Part shown: piece by piece, positions 8,453 through 14,674 of the stretch | How positions within the stretch are numbered: the first letter of the stretch is position 1 | How the letters are laid out: every line of letters begins with the position of its first letter | From: Thermotomaculum hydrothermale | GTDB lineage: Bacteria; Acidobacteriota; Holophagae; Thermotomaculales; Thermotomaculaceae | DNA: 24,000 bases | Assembly (NCBI RefSeq): GCF_016592575.1 | Contig: NZ_AP017470.1 | Coordinates: forward strand, 991,471 to 1,015,470 | Direction: 5' to 3' | Made by a program: the position numbers and the translations under genes | The notes under the pieces: generated by a model | Told to the model about the DNA's origin: nothing | The model's database searches: none | The model's input: only the letters and a program-made list of their open reading frames with translations

Positions 8453-9823
8453 CTACAAAATATACTTTCCTACATCCTCTTTTGAAATTATCTCTTTCAG
8501 CTTATCTTCAACAAATTTCTTATCAACTGTAACAACAGTTCCGCTTAATTCAGGGCCTTTAAAAAGAATATCCTCAAGCAATTTTTCCATAATTGTATGA
8601 AGCCTTCTTGCCCCTATATTTTCAATTGAATCGTTTGCAATATAAGCATACTCTGCAATTGTTTCAATTGCCTCTTTTTCAAAAACAAGGCTTACATTTT
8701 CTGTTTCCATTAAAGCCTGATACTGCTTAATTAATGCATTCTTCGGCTGGGTTAAAATTTTAACAAAATCGTCTTTGGTTAATGAGTGCAACTCAACCCT
8801 TATTGGAAACCTACCCTGCAATTCAGGGATTAAATCAGATGGCTTTGCTATGTGAAACGCCCCTGCTGCAATAAACAAAATATGGTCTGTCCTAACAATG
8901 CCATACTTTGTTGGCACTGTTGAACCCTCAATAATAGGAAGTAAATCTCTCTGCACCCCTTCCCTGCTAACATCAGGGCCACTACCCCCTGATGAGCGTG
9001 AAGTAATCTTGTCTATTTCGTCTAAAAATATTATTCCGTTGTTTTCAGCAAGCTTTATAGCCTCTTCCTTTACCTTTTCCATATCAATCATCTTTTCTGC
9101 TTCTTCTTCGGTAAAAAAGTCAATAGCCTCTTTTACAGTCATTTCCCTGCTCTTCTTTTTGGGAGGCTCAAACAAACCGGAGAGCCCGTCTTTTAAATCC
9201 TCAAACATATCCATTGTTCCGCCTGCTACAATGTCAAAAATAACCTGAGGGCTTGCCTGTTTTTTTACTTCAACCTCTATTTTTCTATCATCAAACAGCC
9301 CGTTTTCAACATCTTTTCTCTTTTCCTCTCTTAAATTGATCATTCTTTCATAGTGGGGAAATCTTGGGTCATCACTGCTATCAGGCATTGATGGTGCTGG
9401 GAATAGAATATCTAAAACCCTGTCAATTGCCTTTTCCCTTGCCTGTTTTTGAATCTTTTTTGTATAAGTCTCCTTTACCATCTGAATGGCAACCCTTACA
9501 AGGTCTCTTATCATAGACTCAACATCCCTTCCAACATACCCCACTTCGGTAAATTTAGATGCTTCAACTTTCACAAAGGGGGCATTTGCAAGCTTGGCAA
9601 GCCTTCTTGCAATTTCAGTTTTACCAACCCCTGTTGGTCCTATCATAATTATGTTTTTGGGAGTAATCTCCTCTGCTAACTCTTTTGGAAGCTTTTGCCT
9701 TCTTATCCTGTTTCTCAAAGCAATTGCAACAGCCTTCTTTGCCTCATTTTGGCCAATAATATACTTATCAAGATGCTCAACTATCTCTCTTGGTAATAAC
9801 TCTTTTCTCTCTAACATTTTCAT
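8453..9823 (-). CDS. hslU: ATP-dependent protease ATPase subunit HslU
   Basis: 456 aa. N-terminus [29 protein letters not shown], Walker A GPTGVGKT, Walker [11 protein letters not shown], and a long charged I-domain insertion. Full-length HslU pattern. Confidence 0.95.
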   Translation of the reverse strand: MKMLERKELLPREIVEHLDKYIIGQNEAKKAVAIALRNRIRRQKLPKELAEEITPKNIIMIGPTGVGKTEIARRLAKLANAPFVKVEASKFTEVGYVGRDVESMIRDLVRVAIQMVKETYTKKIQKQAREKAIDRVLDILFPAPSMPDSSDDPRFPHYERMINLREEKRKDVENGLFDDRKIEVEVKKQASPQVIFDIVAGGTMDMFEDLKDGLSGLFEPPKKKSREMTVKEAIDFFTEEEAEKMIDMEKVKEEAIKLAENNGIIFLDEIDKITSRSSGGSGPDVSREGVQRDLLPIIEGSTVPTKYGIVRTDHILFIAAGAFHIAKPSDLIPELQGRFPIRVELHSLTKDDFVKILTQPKNALIKQYQALMETENVSLVFEKEAIETIAEYAYIANDSIENIGARRLHTIMEKLLEDILFKGPELSGTVVTVDKKFVEDKLKEIISKEDVGKYIL

Positions 9824-9835
9824 ATTTTCTCTCCT

Positions 9836-10303
9836 TTAATCTCTTCTAATTATCAGTATTCTTGGGTATGATTTAAAGTGTTTAATTCTCACCCCAACGT
9901 AAACATACGCATCTTTAAACTTCCAGTAATAGTGTACTACTGTAAAGTTAGGGTGGCTAATAGTTCTTGAAATTGGAATGCCGTAAAGCTTTGTTAAACA
10001 ACCTTTAAGTTTGAAAATAAAATCCCTTGCCTTTTGAGGGTCTTTTTTGTATCCAAACCATATATCAATTGCCTTTATTTTATCCCCTTTGAAAATAGGG
10101 GAAACGCTTGCAAACTCATCGCAAAATTTAACGGTAAAAGAATCACCTGAATGAAGGTATAGTCCATTTTTCTTTGCAGTACTTATAAACTCTTTTATAT
10201 TCATACCTGGTTTAAGCCCGAAAAAGCCAGGAAAAGGTTTTGACGAACAACTATTTAAAATTAAAACCGCAAATAATAATGATAAAAATAATAATTTCTT
10301 CAT
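9836..10303 (-). CDS. Hypothetical lipoprotein
   Basis: 155 aa with signal peptide and lipobox LILNSC. I recognise no family motif. Its stop overlaps the hslU RBS. Confidence 0.6.
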   Translation of the reverse strand: MKKLLFLSLLFAVLILNSCSSKPFPGFFGLKPGMNIKEFISTAKKNGLYLHSGDSFTVKFCDEFASVSPIFKGDKIKAIDIWFGYKKDPQKARDFIFKLKGCLTKLYGIPISRTISHPNFTVVHYYWKFKDAYVYVGVRIKHFKSYPRILIIRRD

Positions 10304-10304
10304 A

Positions 10305-10562
10305 CTAAACCTCTTTAATTTTTTTTATGGATAATAAACTCTCCCTCTCAAGAGATTTTAACAGATTTATGCAATCTTCAAAGTTACATTTAAGGCAGGC
10401 AAATTTCAACAATGTTGACTCATCGTTAACAGTTGTCATAATTGCAAGCCCCTCATAGCTTTCAAGAATTACCCTTAAATAAAAGATATTTTCCTTTTTT
10501 GTTTCCGTAAAAACCTCAATTGTTTTTGCATCTTCTAAATTAATCGCTTTACTTTCTAACAA
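10305..10562 (-). CDS. Small conserved protein, DUF4911-like
   Basis: 85 aa. The segment FYLRVILESYEGLAIMTTV resembles the DUF4911 core as I recall it. Overlaps the U32 gene end by 14 nt and ends 1 nt before the lipoprotein gene. Confidence 0.5.
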   Translation of the reverse strand: MLESKAINLEDAKTIEVFTETKKENIFYLRVILESYEGLAIMTTVNDESTLLKFACLKCNFEDCINLLKSLERESLLSIKKIKEV

Positions 10563-11787
10563 TTGAATTTACCCCGCAGTTAAAATTTCCATAAACCCTA
10601 ACAACTGTATTCGGATTTCCTTTTTCTACCTCTTCCCCATTGTTTGCAGCAAACAGTTTTTCAACTTTAAACTTTTCAACCTTCAATCCCCTGTCTCTCA
10701 ATTCAACAATTTCTCCCTTTGAAAGAGGATTTTTTAATAGTATTTCAATATACTCTTCCGTTTTATTCACCACGCTTCCAACAAAAGCAAACTGGTTTAT
10801 ATATTTTGATGACTCAAAGTTATAACTTGAAGAATCAGGAGTGCCTTCAAAAAAGTTTGTGGTAAAACCTCTATTGCTTACCCTTGATAATTCTTCAACA
10901 AAACTGTCTTTCATTTTTTCAAAATCTTCCCTCTTCCCCTCACAAATTAAATCAATTGCAGTTCTGTAAACATCTGTAGTTACAGCAACATAGTGCATTG
11001 ACTTCATTCTTCCTTCAATCTTTAAAGACGCAACTCCCGCATCAATTAGTTTGTCTAAAACAGGAATTGCGCATAAATCTTTTGAATTAAAGATATAGCT
11101 TCCCCTCTCGTCCTCCTCAATTGGAAAGTACTGCCCCGGCCTCTCTGCCTCTTCAAGCAGTTTGTAATTCCACCTGCAACTCTGGGTGCACTCTCCCCTG
11201 TTAGCGCTTCTCCCTGTCATATAGAGGGAAAGAAAGCACCTTCCGGAATATGCAATACAAAGTGCTCCGTGGACAAAAACCTCTATCTCTCCATTTGCGT
11301 TTTTGCACATATTACTTATCTGGTTTAAATTCAACTCCCTTGCCACAACAATCCTTGATACCCCCTGCTTAAACCAGAAATTGGCGGTTTTTGTATTCAT
11401 AACATTTAACTGGGTGGAAATGTGGACATCAATGTCAGTCAATTCCTTAGCAAGCAAAAAGATTGCAGGGTCTGAAACAATTAAACCGTGAGGCTTAATT
11501 GTGTTTAACTCAAATAAAATGTACTCTATTTCTTCTAAATCCTCGTCATAAGGAAAAATATTCAAGGTAACATATACCTTTTTCCCCAATTCATTAGCAA
11601 CTGTTACCGCTTCGCTTAACTGATCAAGTGTGAAATTGCCTGCAAAATTTCTTAAAGAAAACCTTTTTAAGCCTAAATAAACAGCATCAGCCCCGAAGTG
11701 AAATGCGGTAAGCATTTTTTCAAAATTGCCTGCCGGGGCAAGCAATTCAGGTTTTTTTATCTTTTTTTCTTCCACTTTCTTCTCCAA
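10549..11787 (-). CDS. Peptidase U32 family Fe-S protein (TrhP/YrrO-like putative O2-independent hydroxylase)
   Basis: 412 aa. N-terminal ELLAPAGNFEKMLTAFHFGADAVYLG (U32 TIM-barrel start). Four-Cys motif C-x6-C-x15-C-x3-C (CIAYSGRCFLSLYMTGRSANRGECTQSC). Sits immediately downstream of mltG. Confidence 0.85.
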   Translation of the reverse strand: MEKKVEEKKIKKPELLAPAGNFEKMLTAFHFGADAVYLGLKRFSLRNFAGNFTLDQLSEAVTVANELGKKVYVTLNIFPYDEDLEEIEYILFELNTIKPHGLIVSDPAIFLLAKELTDIDVHISTQLNVMNTKTANFWFKQGVSRIVVARELNLNQISNMCKNANGEIEVFVHGALCIAYSGRCFLSLYMTGRSANRGECTQSCRWNYKLLEEAERPGQYFPIEEDERGSYIFNSKDLCAIPVLDKLIDAGVASLKIEGRMKSMHYVAVTTDVYRTAIDLICEGKREDFEKMKDSFVEELSRVSNRGFTTNFFEGTPDSSSYNFESSKYINQFAFVGSVVNKTEEYIEILLKNPLSKGEIVELRDRGLKVEKFKVEKLFAANNGEEVEKGNPNTVVRVYGNFNCGVNSIVRK

Positions 11788-12779
11788 TAGATAACCTGAT
11801 ATTCTTTTACATACTTTAAGTGTTGCTTGTAAGTCTCACTAAACAAATGCTTTCCCTCGTTATTTGATACAAAAAATAGATACTTTGAAACTGCCGGGCA
11901 AAAGGCAGCCTTCATTGCGTTAAACCCTGGGTTTGCAATCGGTGTTGGCGGCAATCCTTTTATGTAATAGGTGTTAAATGGATGCTTCATTCTTATGTCT
12001 TTTTTCCTGATATTTCCGTCATACCTTCCCTCTAAAATAAGGGCATAGATAATTGTTGGGTCGCATTCAAGCCTCATTCCCTTCTTCAGCCTGTTGTAAA
12101 AAACAGATGCAATTAAAGGCATTTCGCTAACAACTGAAGTCTCCTTTTCAACCAAAGACGCAAGCTTCAACACCTCATAATCGCTTAACTCAATCCCTCT
12201 TTCCTTTAAGCATGCAAACTCTTTTGCTTTTTTAAACTGCACTTTAAATTGTGAAACCATCTGCTCTATAATCTCTTTTTCAGTTGAATTTGCCCTGAAT
12301 AAATAAGTATCGGGAAATAAAAACCCTTCCAGTGTTTTTGCACTTTTAAATTCATCAGGCAAAAAATCCTGAGGAGTATAGAAGTACTGCATATAAACTT
12401 CTTTTTTTCCTAAGTTTGATTTTTCAAGCCTGTCAAATATTTCAAAACAGTTAAACCCTTCGGGAAAGGTTACCTTTATTAGCCTTGCCTCTCCCTTTGT
12501 TAGCCTCTTTGCAAAGTCAATGATGTTGTAATAGTTTGAAAAAGAGTAATAGCCTGCCTTTAACTTCCTATCAAGGTTTAACATTCTCACTGTAAATAGA
12601 AAAAGCCTTGAAGAAAAAGGTGTTTTTTCTTCAACCTGTCTGGCTATTGATTTAACACTTTCCCCTTGTTTAATCTCTATTACACAGGAAACCTTCTTTG
12701 AAGAAAAAAGGCTTGCAAAACCATACAAAAGGGAAAGCACAATAATTACTGAAATTGAAATTAAAACTATTTTTTTCAT
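11757..12779 (-). CDS. mltG: Endolytic murein transglycosylase MltG (YceG family)
   Basis: 340 aa with a single N-terminal TM helix. YceG motifs TFPEGF, LASLVEKET, VFYNRL, LECDPT, YNTYYIKGLPPTPIANPG. Confidence 0.9.
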   Translation of the reverse strand: MKKIVLISISVIIVLSLLYGFASLFSSKKVSCVIEIKQGESVKSIARQVEEKTPFSSRLFLFTVRMLNLDRKLKAGYYSFSNYYNIIDFAKRLTKGEARLIKVTFPEGFNCFEIFDRLEKSNLGKKEVYMQYFYTPQDFLPDEFKSAKTLEGFLFPDTYLFRANSTEKEIIEQMVSQFKVQFKKAKEFACLKERGIELSDYEVLKLASLVEKETSVVSEMPLIASVFYNRLKKGMRLECDPTIIYALILEGRYDGNIRKKDIRMKHPFNTYYIKGLPPTPIANPGFNAMKAAFCPAVSKYLFFVSNNEGKHLFSETYKQHLKYVKEYQVIYWRRKWKKKR

Positions 12780-12783
12780 AAAA

Positions 12784-14592
12784 TTACTTCTGGTCTTCGT
12801 TTACCTTTAATATTGCTAAAAACGCTTCCTGAGGGATTTTCACCTTGCCTACAGCTTTCATCCTCTTTTTACCCTCTTTCTGCTTTTCAAGAAGTTTTCT
12901 CTTTCTGGTAATATCTCCGCCGTAACACTTTGCCAAAACATTCTTTCTCAAAGCCTTAACCGTTGTTCTTGCAATAACCCTTCTACCAATTGCAGCCTGA
13001 ATTGCAACCTCAAACATCTGCCTTGGTATTAACTCTTTCATCTTTCTTGTTAAAGCCTGTGCCCTGTAATAAGCCTTGTCTTTGTGAACAATTACAGAGA
13101 GGGCATCAACAATTTCTCCATTTACAAGTATGTCAAGTTTTACAAGGTTAGATTCTCTCATTCCTGCAATTGAATAGTCAAAGGAAGCGTATCCCCTTGA
13201 AACTGACTTCAATCTATCGTAAAAATCAATTACAATCTCGTTTAAAGGCAATTCGTATTCAATTAAAACCCTCTCCTGAGAAAGGTATTCAAGCCTTTTT
13301 TGAATTCCCCTTCTATCTGTGCAAAGTTGAAGAATTGGCCCTACAAACTCAGCCTTTGTAACAATTGTTGCGTTTACAACAGGCTCTTCAATCTTTTGAA
13401 TATACTGAGGTTCAGGCATTTTTGAGGGGTTTGAAACAAAAATCACCTCTCCGTTTGTCTTTGTAATCTTATACTCAACACTCGGTGCGGTTGAAATCAA
13501 GTCAAGGTTATACTCCCTCTCAAGCCTCTCCTGAATAATCTCCATGTGCAAAAGCCCTAAAAATCCGCACCTAAAACCAAAGCCTAAAGCGTCTGATGTT
13601 TCAGGCTCAAAAACAAATGCTGCATCGTTCAATTTAAGCTTTTCCATTGCATCTCTTAAATCTTCGTAATGTGTATTCTCTGTCGGGAAAAATGAGGAAA
13701 AAACAACAGGCTTCATCTCCTGAAAACCTGGAAGAGGCTCTGCACACTCTTTACCATCTTCGGTAATTGTATCCCCTATCTTTGTGTCCTGAATATTCTT
13801 AATGCCGGCAATAACATAGCCAACCTCGCCAGCCTTTAACTCTTTTGTCTTTGTCATTTTGGGAGTAAAAATGCCAACCTCGTCAACCTCGTAAACCTTC
13901 CCTGTTGAAATAAACTTCATCTTCATTTTAGGGTAAATCTTTCCCTCAAAAACCCTTGTAAGAATAACAACTCCTCTGTAAGAATCGTACCATGAGTCAA
14001 AAATCAAAGCGGCTGTTGGGTTGTTTTCATCACCTTTTGGTGGGGGGAAAACCTCCACAATCTTTTCTAAAACCTCGTCAACTCCAACCCCTGTTTTTGC
14101 AGAAACTAAAACAGCATGCTCTGTATCAAGCCCTATAACATGCTCAATCTGTTCAAGCACTTTATCTGGGTCTGCCGCAGGCAAATCTATTTTATTCAAA
14201 ACAGGAAAAATCTCTAAATCATTGTCAACAGCAAGGTAAGCGTTTGCAAGAGTCTGTGCTTCAACTCCCTGAGAGGCATCAACGACTAAAATTGCCCCTT
14301 CGCATGCCTTTAAACTTCTTGAAACCTCGTAAGAAAAGTCAACATGCCCCGGTGTATCAATAAGGTTGAAGGTGTACTCTTTCCCGTCTTTTGCCTTATA
14401 CTTAACTGTAACTGCATGGGCTTTAATTGTAATTCCCCTCTCCCTCTCTAAATCCATATCGTCTAAAATCTGCTCCTTCATATCCCTCTTTTCAACAGCG
14501 CTTGTCTTTTCTAAAATTCTATCTGCTAAGGTTGATTTTCCGTGGTCAATGTGGGCTATTATTGAAAAATTTCTTATTAATTCCTTTGACAC
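12784..14592 (-). CDS. lepA: Translation elongation factor 4 (LepA)
   Basis: 602 aa with a GTG start behind GGAAGGAG. GTPase motifs [21 protein letters not shown]. LepA-specific C-terminus ([28 protein letters not shown]). Confidence 0.95.
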   Translation of the reverse strand: MSKELIRNFSIIAHIDHGKSTLADRILEKTSAVEKRDMKEQILDDMDLERERGITIKAHAVTVKYKAKDGKEYTFNLIDTPGHVDFSYEVSRSLKACEGAILVVDASQGVEAQTLANAYLAVDNDLEIFPVLNKIDLPAADPDKVLEQIEHVIGLDTEHAVLVSAKTGVGVDEVLEKIVEVFPPPKGDENNPTAALIFDSWYDSYRGVVILTRVFEGKIYPKMKMKFISTGKVYEVDEVGIFTPKMTKTKELKAGEVGYVIAGIKNIQDTKIGDTITEDGKECAEPLPGFQEMKPVVFSSFFPTENTHYEDLRDAMEKLKLNDAAFVFEPETSDALGFGFRCGFLGLLHMEIIQERLEREYNLDLISTAPSVEYKITKTNGEVIFVSNPSKMPEPQYIQKIEEPVVNATIVTKAEFVGPILQLCTDRRGIQKRLEYLSQERVLIEYELPLNEIVIDFYDRLKSVSRGYASFDYSIAGMRESNLVKLDILVNGEIVDALSVIVHKDKAYYRAQALTRKMKELIPRQMFEVAIQAAIGRRVIARTTVKALRKNVLAKCYGGDITRKRKLLEKQKEGKKRMKAVGKVKIPQEAFLAILKVNEDQK

Positions 14593-14625
14593 AAGACACT
14601 CCTTCCGCTTTTAAAACACTGAAAA

Positions 14626-14654
14626 AATATAGCAAAATAAAGGCATTCAGTCAA
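14626..14654 (-). promoter_or_regulatory. Candidate sigma70-type promoter of the lepA operon
   Basis: On the minus strand: TTGACT, 17 nt, TATATT, about 30 nt upstream of the lepA GTG and only 21 nt downstream of the preceding stop codon. Confidence 0.4.
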
Positions 14655-14674
14655 GGTAATAGAAGGTTGACGGA

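Noticed and set aside
8898-9839. Three plus-strand ORFs (116, 76 and 117 aa) antisense to hslU.
   Set aside because: They lie wholly inside a confidently identified conserved CDS. Their translations are low-complexity and Ser/Leu/Phe-rich, as expected from antisense reading of AT-rich coding sequence, and they have no RBS.
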